25,396 nt of DNA. It comes from Clostridia bacterium (GTDB taxonomy: Bacteria > Bacillota > Clostridia > UMGS1810). Below are positions 1-7,533 of the stretch, one piece after another. Numbering within the stretch: the first letter of the stretch is position 1; each line of letters begins with the position of its first letter. The DNA lies in contig JAZSJF010000139.1 of assembly GCA_045534195.1 (NCBI GenBank), forward strand, positions 1 through 25,396, written 5' to 3'. The notes under the pieces were generated by a model. That model saw only the letters and a list, made by a program, of their open reading frames with translations. It was not told the origin of the DNA and made no database searches. Made by a program: the position numbers and the translations under genes.

Positions 1-108
1 CAGGCGGTGCATTTAAGAAAAAAGGTGAAGGAAATAGATCCTCATGCTTTTGTTATAATTACCAATACAGGAGATATAATTGGAAAGGGTTTTCGTGAAT
101 ACCTGTAG
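1..108 (+). CDS. YitT family membrane protein, C-terminal DUF2179-like end (partial, 5' truncated by window)
   Basis: Frame 1 reads QAVHLRKKVKEIDPHAFVIITNTGDIIGKGFREYL then TAG at 106-108; matches the typical YitT ending V..IDP.AF.......V.G.GF. Not in ORF track. Confidence 0.75.
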   Translation, partial: QAVHLRKKVKEIDPHAFVIITNTGDIIGKGFREYL

Positions 109-300
109 GAAATGTAAAAATTCCCCATAGTGCAAACCGTCAAAGGTGTATAATAAGGATATATTTCCGATTGTTGAAATGTCAATTTTTTAAGGTTGAA
201 AAGCACTTGATTGTGCTTTTCTTTTTTTGTGTGACGGTTTACTTTGAACAAACTTACACTCTCGGCGTATCATATACGCCTTCGGTTCAGTTTGTCCAAT
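108..300. repeat. Dispersed structured intergenic element, copy 1 (short form)
   Basis: Shares ordered blocks with 15433-15726: GGAAATGTAAAAA..CCATA; GTGTATAATAA; TAAGGTTGAAAA-hairpin-T-tract-GTG; CTCTCGGCGTATCATATACGCCTTCGG; TCGGTTCAGTTTGTCCAAT. Confidence 0.8.
198..228 (+). terminator. Intrinsic terminator-like hairpin inside repeat copy 1
   Basis: GAAAAGCAC-TTGATT-GTGCTTTTC (9 bp perfect stem) followed by a T run; lies downstream of the YitT stop. Confidence 0.7.
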
Positions 301-439
301 ATGAGAAATTTTTTTAATTTCCTGATTCAGTATCACATACTGCTTCGGATTCTGTTATAAATTAATCTATTGTATTTTGTTTTTAAATGTGTTATTATAT
401 AATAGATGTATTATATTTAAGGGGAAGGATGTGTGACAA

Positions 440-1696
440 ATGAAAAAAACGGACAAAATCATTGCGCTGATTGTATCTGTTATGATACTTATGTGTATTA
501 TATCTCTGCCTGCAACGGCATCTGCTCCCGACATTCATTCGGAGTCATATATTCTTTCGGACATAAACAGTGATGAGATTCTTTATCAGAAAGGTACATA
601 CAAAGAGGTTTTGCCTTCGGTATCTTCTAAGTTTATGGCAATATATACAGCCATTAATTCCCAATCGGAAGAAAATGTGATTGTTAAGAAAGAATGGCTG
701 GATGAACTTACCAATGATAAACCCAGAATGGGGATTTCGGCGGGAGAAACTTATGCAAAAAAAGATCTTATAAGAGCGTTGTATCTTACGGATTTTTATG
801 ATGTGTATCTGTGTATTGCAAATCACATAGGTGAATCCGGTAAGGGATTTATCGGTATGATGAATGACAATGCAGCGAAACTATCAATGGTAAGCACACA
901 TTATGAAACTCTTTCGGGATACGAACAGGGCAAGGAGTATACCACTCCATATGATGTGCATCTTCTTATGAAATCACTGACAAAAGACAAAGCCTTTGGT
1001 GAGATTACAAAAGATGCATCATATATTGTGAAACCGCTCAAAGGCAAAAGAGAGCCACTGGAAATAAAGCAGATGCTTAATATCAACGATCCGCAGAGCC
1101 AGTGGTATATATCGGGAAGCAAGGTTGCCCGAAGCGATTATAATAAGAACTACGGATACAGTATAGTATTTTCGGTGTTGAGGGATAACAGAGAGATTCT
1201 GTGGATTTCTTTCGGCAACGAAAACGGCGATATGTGTGCAACAGAAGCGGCGGAAGCGGCGGAATTTGCTTTTTCTGATTACAAAAGGGTTATATACACC
1301 AAAGAAGAAATAAAGAAACTCTATAAGGGAGAAAAAAATCTTTATATAGAACCTGCATCTGATATTTATGTGACAGTTCCTTCAGGGGTGGAAAAGGCGA
1401 ATCTTATCGCAACAGTGAAAGAAGATAACCGTATCGCCACATTCAAAGCAGTGGGAAACGGTGTTGATTTTGAGGTGGAGATATCCCGTGTGAAGGCGTC
1501 GGGAATAAGATTTTTGTGGGAAGGATTTCTTACGGTAATCCGCTGGATTCTTGCAGGAATAATCTTTATTATAGTTGCAATTTGTATTTTGTATATTCCG
1601 TTGTCTTTTGTGTCAGAAAAGAAGGCAAAAAAATTAAGAGAGAAAAAAGAGGAAAAAGTCCGCAGACTAAAAGAAAAAATGAAGGAAAATGAATAA
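440..1696 (+). CDS. Peptidase S11 (DacB-like D-Ala-D-Ala carboxypeptidase) fold protein, predicted catalytically inactive, signal peptide plus C-terminal membrane anchor
   Basis: Colinear with S11 enzymes (SESYILSDINSDEILYQK; G.S.GE.Y..KDLI.AL; F...MN..A..L; YTTPYDV) but SxxK reads VSSK, SxN reads DFY, KTG reads KVA. Hydrophobic C-terminal helix and basic tail. SD GGGGAAGGA. Confidence 0.8.
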   Translation: MKKTDKIIALIVSVMILMCIISLPATASAPDIHSESYILSDINSDEILYQKGTYKEVLPSVSSKFMAIYTAINSQSEENVIVKKEWLDELTNDKPRMGISAGETYAKKDLIRALYLTDFYDVYLCIANHIGESGKGFIGMMNDNAAKLSMVSTHYETLSGYEQGKEYTTPYDVHLLMKSLTKDKAFGEITKDASYIVKPLKGKREPLEIKQMLNINDPQSQWYISGSKVARSDYNKNYGYSIVFSVLRDNREILWISFGNENGDMCATEAAEAAEFAFSDYKRVIYTKEEIKKLYKGEKNLYIEPASDIYVTVPSGVEKANLIATVKEDNRIATFKAVGNGVDFEVEISRVKASGIRFLWEGFLTVIRWILAGIIFIIVAICILYIPLSFVSEKKAKKLREKKEEKVRRLKEKMKENE

Positions 1697-1714
1697 AGAT
1701 AAGGAGAAAAAGTT

Positions 1715-2404
1715 ATGGAAAATTTGATTCTGGTAGTAGATGATGAAAAACCTATCGTGGATATACTCAAACTCAACCTTACCAAAAGCGGATATAAGGT
1801 TGTAGAGGCTTATGACGGAGAAGAAGCAGTAGAAAAGGCAAAATCCTGCGATCCTGATCTTATTTTGCTGGATGTTATGCTTCCTAAGATGGACGGATTC
1901 GGCGTGTGCAAAAAAATCCGCGAAACATCTTCCACTCCCATAATTATGCTCACTGCAAGGGAAGATGAAGTGGACAAGGTACTGGGACTTGAACTTGGTG
2001 CCGATGACTATATGACAAAGCCTTTCAGTCTGAGAGAACTTCTGGCAAGAGTCAAGGCAAATTTAAGAAGAACAGTTATAGCCGTTACAGACAACAGTCA
2101 GTCGGATATAATGGAATTCGGTGCGATTAAGATTATCCCCGAAAAGTACGAAGTTACAAAAAACGGAACAGTAATAGAACTTACATTCAGAGAGTTTGAA
2201 CTTCTCAAATTCCTTGCTATGCAGAAGGGTAAGATTTTTTCCAGAGAATCCCTTCTCAACAAAGTATGGGATTATGAATTCTACGGTGATGTAAGAACAG
2301 TAGATGTTACCGTAAGAAGACTTAGAGAAAAGATAGAAGACAACCCGAGCGAACCACAGTACATAATGACAAAAAGAGGTGTGGGATACTACTTCCACGA
2401 CTAA
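1715..2404 (+). CDS. walR: OmpR-family response regulator WalR (YycF)
   Basis: Receiver VVDDE...LLDVMLP...MLTA...KPF; DNA-binding segment GDVRTVDVTVRRLREKIEDNPSEPQYIMTKRGVGYYF closely matches WalR; followed by walK, yycH-like and yycI-like genes. SD AAGGAG. Confidence 0.88.
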   Translation: MENLILVVDDEKPIVDILKLNLTKSGYKVVEAYDGEEAVEKAKSCDPDLILLDVMLPKMDGFGVCKKIRETSSTPIIMLTAREDEVDKVLGLELGADDYMTKPFSLRELLARVKANLRRTVIAVTDNSQSDIMEFGAIKIIPEKYEVTKNGTVIELTFREFELLKFLAMQKGKIFSRESLLNKVWDYEFYGDVRTVDVTVRRLREKIEDNPSEPQYIMTKRGVGYYFHD

Positions 2405-2406
2405 TC

Positions 2407-2415
2407 TGATATAAT
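2407..2415 (+). promoter_or_regulatory. Extended -10 (TGATATAAT) between walR and walK
   Basis: Exact TGnTATAAT just upstream of the GGAGG SD of walK; no good -35. Confidence 0.4.
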
Positions 2416-2437
2416 TTATATATTGGAGGACATTCAG

Positions 2438-4225
2438 GTGGTTCAGGACAAAAAGTTTTTTAAATCCAGTGTCCGCTATAAGATTATGGCGATGTTTGTG
2501 CTTCTTACAATATCCGTAATCATTATTATCGGGACATTTATGATAAACAGAATAGACAGGTTTTATAATGACGAGTTTGAAACTCTTATGACCAATGTGT
2601 TCAGTGAGGATTTTCAGAGAGAACTTGATATGAAACTTTCGGGAGAAGATCCCCTCTCAAGTATTGATTCCAGTATTACTGCATATCTGGGACAACTTGG
2701 TATAGATTCTTTCAGAAATTACTATATTCTCGATGCATATAACGGAAAGGCACTTTTGTCATCAAACAGTGCTCTTGCAAAGACTCTCATTGCCACACCC
2801 AATATTATTGCGGCTATGAACGGCAAGGTGGGAGATATGTCGGGATATACCTCCAAATATATGGACTACAGTGTGCCTGTAAAAGACGGAGCCGATGCGA
2901 AATATATCATATACATAAAGGATTCCAAGGAAGAAGTTGATGATATGGTCAACAACATTCTTTCCATTATCTTTATGGCGCTGGGACTTGGAATCATTAT
3001 TTCCATCGCATTCGGATTTCTTCTTTCCAAAACCATTATATCACCTATATCATCCCTTACACAGAAGGCACAAAAAATCACTTCAGGTGATTTCGGCGAC
3101 ACAATCGAAGTGAATTCTTCTGATGAAATCGGTCTTCTTACAAAGACATTCAACGATATGGCGGTGGAACTTAACCAGACTCTCGGCGAAATCAAAGGAG
3201 AGCGTGACAAGGTAGAAACGATTCTCAGACATATGGCAGACGGGATTATGGCGTTTGACAACCACGGCAGAATTATCCATATAAACCCTGCTGCAAGGGA
3301 GATTCTCGGAATCGAAAAGATTGAAAAACTGCATTTTAACGAAATATTCAAAATCACCGATCTTACTGTTACAAGAGTAATGTTTTCCGGTGAGTACAAC
3401 GCTATAGAAAAGCAGATGGAAGTGGGCGAAAAGGAAATCAAACTTCTTTTTGCCAAGTTTAAGACAGATGACACACCGGGCGGTGTGGTGGTGGTTATCC
3501 AGGATATCACTCAGCAACAAAAACTGGAAAATTCCCGTAGAGAATTTGTTGCCAATGTTTCCCACGAGTTAAGAACTCCCCTCACTACAGTGAAAGGGTA
3601 TGTGGAAACAATGATGGATTCTGTTGAAGAGAACGATATTGACAGGGATATGTTCCATACATTCCTCAGTACCGTAAACAAAGAAACCGACAGAATGACA
3701 AGACTTGTAAAGGATCTTCTTACCCTTTCAAAACTGGACTACGGTCATAGAGAACTGAAAAAAGAAGATGTTGATGTATCAAATCTTGTAATGAGTATCG
3801 TTGATAGAATGAAAATCAACGCTTCCTCAAAGGATATCGAACTTGTTTATGAGCCTACAAATCAACTTCCTGTTATTTCGGGAGATAAAGACAGACTTGA
3901 ACAGGTGATAGTAAATATCATATCCAACGCCATCAAATATACTCCCGGCGGAGAAGGAAGGGTATTTGTTTCCACCGGAAGAATGTATCAGAATGTGTAT
4001 ATCAAGATAAGGGATAACGGTATGGGCATACCAAAAGACGATCTTCCTCATGTGTTTGAGAGATTTTACAGAGTGGATAAAGCAAGAAGCCGTGAACAGG
4101 GCGGTACAGGTCTTGGCCTTGCAATATCCAATGAAATCATCAAGGAACACGGCGGAAAAATCACTATTTCCAGTGATTACGGTGTGGGAACAGAGGTTAT
4201 TGTTATGCTTCCTGTGGATGAATAA
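2438..4225 (+). CDS. walK: Sensor histidine kinase WalK (YycG): 2 TM, extracellular domain, HAMP, PAS, HisKA, HATPase
   Basis: RREFVANVSHELRTPLT H-box, NIISNAIKYT N-box, DNGMGIP, FERFYRVDKARSREQGGTGLGLAI. Start moved from track TTG 2423 to in-frame GTG 2438, which lies 8 nt after GGAGG (2425-2429). Confidence 0.88.
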   Translation: MVQDKKFFKSSVRYKIMAMFVLLTISVIIIIGTFMINRIDRFYNDEFETLMTNVFSEDFQRELDMKLSGEDPLSSIDSSITAYLGQLGIDSFRNYYILDAYNGKALLSSNSALAKTLIATPNIIAAMNGKVGDMSGYTSKYMDYSVPVKDGADAKYIIYIKDSKEEVDDMVNNILSIIFMALGLGIIISIAFGFLLSKTIISPISSLTQKAQKITSGDFGDTIEVNSSDEIGLLTKTFNDMAVELNQTLGEIKGERDKVETILRHMADGIMAFDNHGRIIHINPAAREILGIEKIEKLHFNEIFKITDLTVTRVMFSGEYNAIEKQMEVGEKEIKLLFAKFKTDDTPGGVVVVIQDITQQQKLENSRREFVANVSHELRTPLTTVKGYVETMMDSVEENDIDRDMFHTFLSTVNKETDRMTRLVKDLLTLSKLDYGHRELKKEDVDVSNLVMSIVDRMKINASSKDIELVYEPTNQLPVISGDKDRLEQVIVNIISNAIKYTPGGEGRVFVSTGRMYQNVYIKIRDNGMGIPKDDLPHVFERFYRVDKARSREQGGTGLGLAISNEIIKEHGGKITISSDYGVGTEVIVMLPVDE

Positions 4226-4227
4226 AA

Positions 4228-4282
4228 TGTCAAGTTAATGTAATGACGCTGTAATATATCTGTAACAAAAGGATAGTATAAT
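4228..4282 (+). promoter_or_regulatory. Tandem WalR-type boxes plus -10 element upstream of the 4339 gene
   Basis: TGTCAA-N5-TGTAAT-N5-TGTAAT-N5-TGTAAC (4228-4266, exact 11 bp period); last three fit the B. subtilis WalR half-site TGTWAH; TATAAT at 4277-4282; the boxes cover the -35 position, which has no consensus. Confidence 0.75.
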
Positions 4283-4338
4283 AGTAAATGTAGAAATGAC
4301 GAAAGTTGGAATACTCTTTTTTGCGGAGGTAATATATT

Positions 4339-4794
4339 ATGAAAAAATTTGTTATAGCAATCCTTTGTATGATGATTGTTATCATTCCGTTTGGTGCAAT
4401 GGCTGCACCGGAATTTGTAGGTACCGGTTATGAAGGAAACACCAATGCGCTCTTTACAGTGCTCAATCCTGATTCTTTCAGTACAACCACATCAAGTTCT
4501 ACCTGTATCGTATCTGCTGCAGGTACAAAGAACTCTACAATGGCTGTATATCTCTATGATGCTTCTACAGGTATGTACAGAAAGATCAATACATTTATCA
4601 ACGATGTGAAACAGAATGAAAAGGTTGTTGGAGTAAGCGGTCTTTATGCAGAACAGGTACTCCTCAGAAATGGCCTTAACAAAATTCTTGTATATGCTCA
4701 ACTTGGTTCTGATATTCAGACACAAAGACTTGAAGTTACTCTTGTTTCCGACAAGTTCGGCGGCAATCTCAAGGCTTATGTAATGGGCAAATAA
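4339..4794 (+). CDS. Secreted hypothetical protein, single beta-rich domain
   Basis: SD GCGGAGGT; signal peptide MKKFVIAILCMMIVIIPFGAMA-A; L..G.N.I.VYA pattern typical of Ig-like beta-sandwiches. Confidence 0.8.
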   Translation: MKKFVIAILCMMIVIIPFGAMAAPEFVGTGYEGNTNALFTVLNPDSFSTTTSSSTCIVSAAGTKNSTMAVYLYDASTGMYRKINTFINDVKQNEKVVGVSGLYAEQVLLRNGLNKILVYAQLGSDIQTQRLEVTLVSDKFGGNLKAYVMGK

Positions 4795-4824
4795 CAAAAT
4801 CTGATCGGGAGCGAGGTACCGATT

Positions 4825-6261
4825 ATGAGAAAAATACACTTAAAAAACGCTGTACTGGTAGTTCTTATACTGTGCAGCGTTATTTTAGCCTTTAATACCT
4901 GGACGGATGAAAAATTATGGTCCGATGACTATAATTTTTTTTCTGTTATTAAACAGAAACTGGGACTTTCGGATAAATACGGTGCTTTTGGTTCATTGTC
5001 AAAAGAGCGTCTTGCCATGCCCCACAGAATAGTGGTGAATAATTCTGCCAAACGAAGTGTGTATTATCAGAATGAGGAAGGATTTGAAGAACTTTTTCAT
5101 AGTGTGAGAACAGTTTTTGAAAAGGCACTCCAGACTGAGAAATACCAGACTGTATCTGAATCCAAGTGGTACTCTGCTATCAAAAACAAATCTGTGTTTG
5201 TCACATATCCGGCAGTGTATGATATATCCATTATAGGGGATATATTCAGAATAAAAGATCCGGAAATCTCCGTAGGCAGTATGAAACAGTTTGTCATCAC
5301 TTCCGAGTCGGACTATGACGATACACTCAGTGTGTATATCAGAGATGAGAAGGATGGCAGTTTCAAATTGTGTTATGTGGATTATGAAATTGCCAAATTT
5401 CTTGATGTGGTTGAGGGCAGTGCGAAGGATTCCGCAGGTGCTCTTCCATATTCCTTTGAATTGAATTTTGACAAAGGCGGCGACAAAAAGCAGAACACTC
5501 TTATCGGATCGGAAGTTCTTTTGAACATTGTTCCCACAAAGCACAAAGGAATCGCACCTTCAAACCATATTGTGGCATCAGACGGAAGGTTCAGATCTGA
5601 TGTTGTGGAAAAAATCCTTAAATGCTTTGACTACAACACTTCATCCCCGAGAAAGTATCCGGACAAGGATGATGTTGTTTATGTAGAAAATTATTCCACC
5701 ATCAGATTTTATAAATCAGGTGTTGTAGAATATAAGGCAATTGCAAATGATAAGGGGATTTCCCTTGATGTTTCCAACAAAGACAATATCAGAGAGGTAT
5801 ATTCTGCATCTCTCGGTTTTGTGTCAAAACTGTGGCAGACCGCAGTGCCTGACCGTGAACTGAATCTTATGGTGTCTTCCGATGTGGTGGGACTTAATAA
5901 AAATTCCACTTTCAAAATCACTATGAATTATTACAACGACGGATATATAATAAGAGATGATATAAATATGGACATAAACAACAGTGTTATGACCAATGCG
6001 GTAGAAATGGTGATTACTTCCGGCAAGATTGTTTCATACCGTCAGGTGATGAAGTTGTATGATGAAACAAATGAAACTCTTATGAATATGTCCACAATAG
6101 ATGCCATAGACGAGTTGTATCAGAATGAGGAGTTTTCTCTGGGCAAGGCAGTTGTAAGCATTACTCCTGCATATACCTTTGACGAAAACGGCAACTGCAT
6201 TATGACTTATATTGCACTGGATGACAAAAAACAGGAATTCCTTTTGAAACAGCGGGGATAA
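4825..6261 (+). CDS. yycH: YycH (WalH)-like membrane-anchored WalK regulator
   Basis: N-terminal TM (K.AVLVVLILCSVILAFNTW), large extracellular region, position between walK and yycI-like gene; sequence identity itself is weak. Confidence 0.6.
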   Translation: MRKIHLKNAVLVVLILCSVILAFNTWTDEKLWSDDYNFFSVIKQKLGLSDKYGAFGSLSKERLAMPHRIVVNNSAKRSVYYQNEEGFEELFHSVRTVFEKALQTEKYQTVSESKWYSAIKNKSVFVTYPAVYDISIIGDIFRIKDPEISVGSMKQFVITSESDYDDTLSVYIRDEKDGSFKLCYVDYEIAKFLDVVEGSAKDSAGALPYSFELNFDKGGDKKQNTLIGSEVLLNIVPTKHKGIAPSNHIVASDGRFRSDVVEKILKCFDYNTSSPRKYPDKDDVVYVENYSTIRFYKSGVVEYKAIANDKGISLDVSNKDNIREVYSASLGFVSKLWQTAVPDRELNLMVSSDVVGLNKNSTFKITMNYYNDGYIIRDDINMDINNSVMTNAVEMVITSGKIVSYRQVMKLYDETNETLMNMSTIDAIDELYQNEEFSLGKAVVSITPAYTFDENGNCIMTYIALDDKKQEFLLKQRG

Positions 6262-6275
6262 GGAGGTAAGATTTT

Positions 6276-7019
6276 ATGAACTGGAATAAGTTAAAGACAT
6301 TTCTTATTGTGCTTTTTTCAGCATTGAATATTATCCTTATTATCACTATGCTTACAAAGGATTACAAAGAAACGGTTGTGCCTCAGACCACTATACAGGA
6401 CACTGTGGAAATCCTTAATAAGAGAGGGATAAGCATAGATAAATCCATTATTCCCGACAGGGCAAAAAATATGGAAGGATTCCCTATGCAGACTATAGAT
6501 TTTGACAGGATTCCATACAGAATAAGCCATCCCGGCGGCGGAGTTTTTGAATTCAGTGTGCCCATAGAGGTTGATACGGTCAAGGAGGTAAAGAAACTTA
6601 CCGAAAAACTGGGTATCGGATATGCGGAATTTACATCAGATGCATCTGATATAAAGAATATCAGAGCAGTTCAGGTAATAGATGATTATACAATATTCGG
6701 AAATTATCTGGATATAGAAGTGCTTGACAAAATAGTAAAGGTCAAAGGCGAATGGCTCAATCCATCAAATCATACACTTGAAAATGAGGATGAAGTCGAG
6801 CCTTCCCAGGTCACAAGCATACTTATGGAATTTATATCCAACCCTGACAGACCTCAGGGAAATATTACTATAAAAAATATACAATTCGGATATTTTGCAC
6901 CTGAATATACTCTTTCGGAAGAAATACAGACAATGACTGTTGTACCTTGTTGGGAAATAGCACTTGACACGGGAGAGAATTTCTATTATGATGCAAGAAA
7001 CGGAGAATATCTCAAATAA
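6276..7019 (+). CDS. yycI: YycI (WalI)-like WalK regulator
   Basis: N-terminus MNWNKLKTFLIVLFSALNIILII fits the YycI MDW.K.K.IFI..FL.LNI pattern; C-terminal VPCWEI...F.YDA; SD AAGGAGG. Confidence 0.7.
   Translation: MNWNKLKTFLIVLFSALNIILIITMLTKDYKETVVPQTTIQDTVEILNKRGISIDKSIIPDRAKNMEGFPMQTIDFDRIPYRISHPGGGVFEFSVPIEVDTVKEVKKLTEKLGIGYAEFTSDASDIKNIRAVQVIDDYTIFGNYLDIEVLDKIVKVKGEWLNPSNHTLENEDEVEPSQVTSILMEFISNPDRPQGNITIKNIQFGYFAPEYTLSEEIQTMTVVPCWEIALDTGENFYYDARNGEYLK
6964..6992 (+). promoter_or_regulatory. sigmaA promoter inside the 3' end of yycI, pointing at ybaB
   Basis: TTGACA (6964-6969)-17 bp-TATGAT (6987-6992). Confidence 0.6.
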
Positions 7020-7048
7020 TATAATATCACTTTAAGGAGGATACAAAA

Positions 7049-7402
7049 ATGGCAAAAGGCGGTAGATTTCCCATGGGAGGCATGGGCGGTATGGGCAATA
7101 TGAGTTGAATGATAAAGCAGGCACAGAAGATGCAGCAGGATATGCTCAAAATGCAGGAAGAAATGGAGCAGACAAGTTATGAAGCATCATCAGGCGGCGG
7201 AGCAGTGACAGTAAAAATGTCAGGCAAAAAGGAACTTCAGGAGATTATATTGAAGCCCGAAGTTGTGGATCCTGATGATATCGAAATGCTTCAGGACCTT
7301 ATTCTTGTTGCAGTGAACGATGCTATGAAAAAGGTGGATGATGAAAATCAGACACAGATGTCAAAACTTACAGGCGGTATGAATATTCCCGGTCTGTTTT
7401 AA
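7049..7402 (+). pseudogene. ybaB: YbaB/EbfC nucleoid-associated protein with in-frame TGA at codon 20 (7106-7108); possibly expressed from ATG 7109
   Basis: AAGGAGG SD 7034-7040 then [31 protein letters not shown]...[41 protein letters not shown]...[12 protein letters not shown], the canonical family sequence. Confidence 0.85.
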
Positions 7403-7430
7403 TTTGCCTGATAAATAAAAATGTGATAAG

Positions 7431-7464
7431 AAGAGGTGCGAAAGAGTTTTTGCATCTCTTTTTT
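7431..7464 (+). terminator. Intrinsic terminator after ybaB
   Basis: AAGAGGTGC...GCATCTCTT stem (one G-U) followed by T run. Confidence 0.75.
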
Positions 7465-7465
7465 G

Positions 7466-7494
7466 TTGCAAAGAAACAAAAAAAGTGGTATTAT
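7466..7494 (+). promoter_or_regulatory. sigmaA promoter of the PHP gene
   Basis: TTGCAA-17 bp-TATTAT with TGn extension. Confidence 0.5.
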
Positions 7495-7533
7495 GTGTAT
7501 AATATTTCTTGATTTTTGGAAAGAAGGATATAA

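Noticed and set aside
42-251. Minus-strand 69 aa ORF
   Set aside because: Overlaps the YitT 3' end and the repeat; no recognisable product.
108-322. Terminal inverted repeats (GGAAATGTAAAAATT versus AATTTTTTTAATTTCC)
   Set aside because: Imperfect, low-complexity match, no counterpart found at the end of copy 2 and no clear target duplication.
7106-7108. Alternative genetic code or selenocysteine at the ybaB TGA
   Set aside because: TGA ends mutS2 (12385), frr (15433) and uppS (17264) at their expected termini; the position is not a Cys site in this family and no other in-frame TGA was seen.
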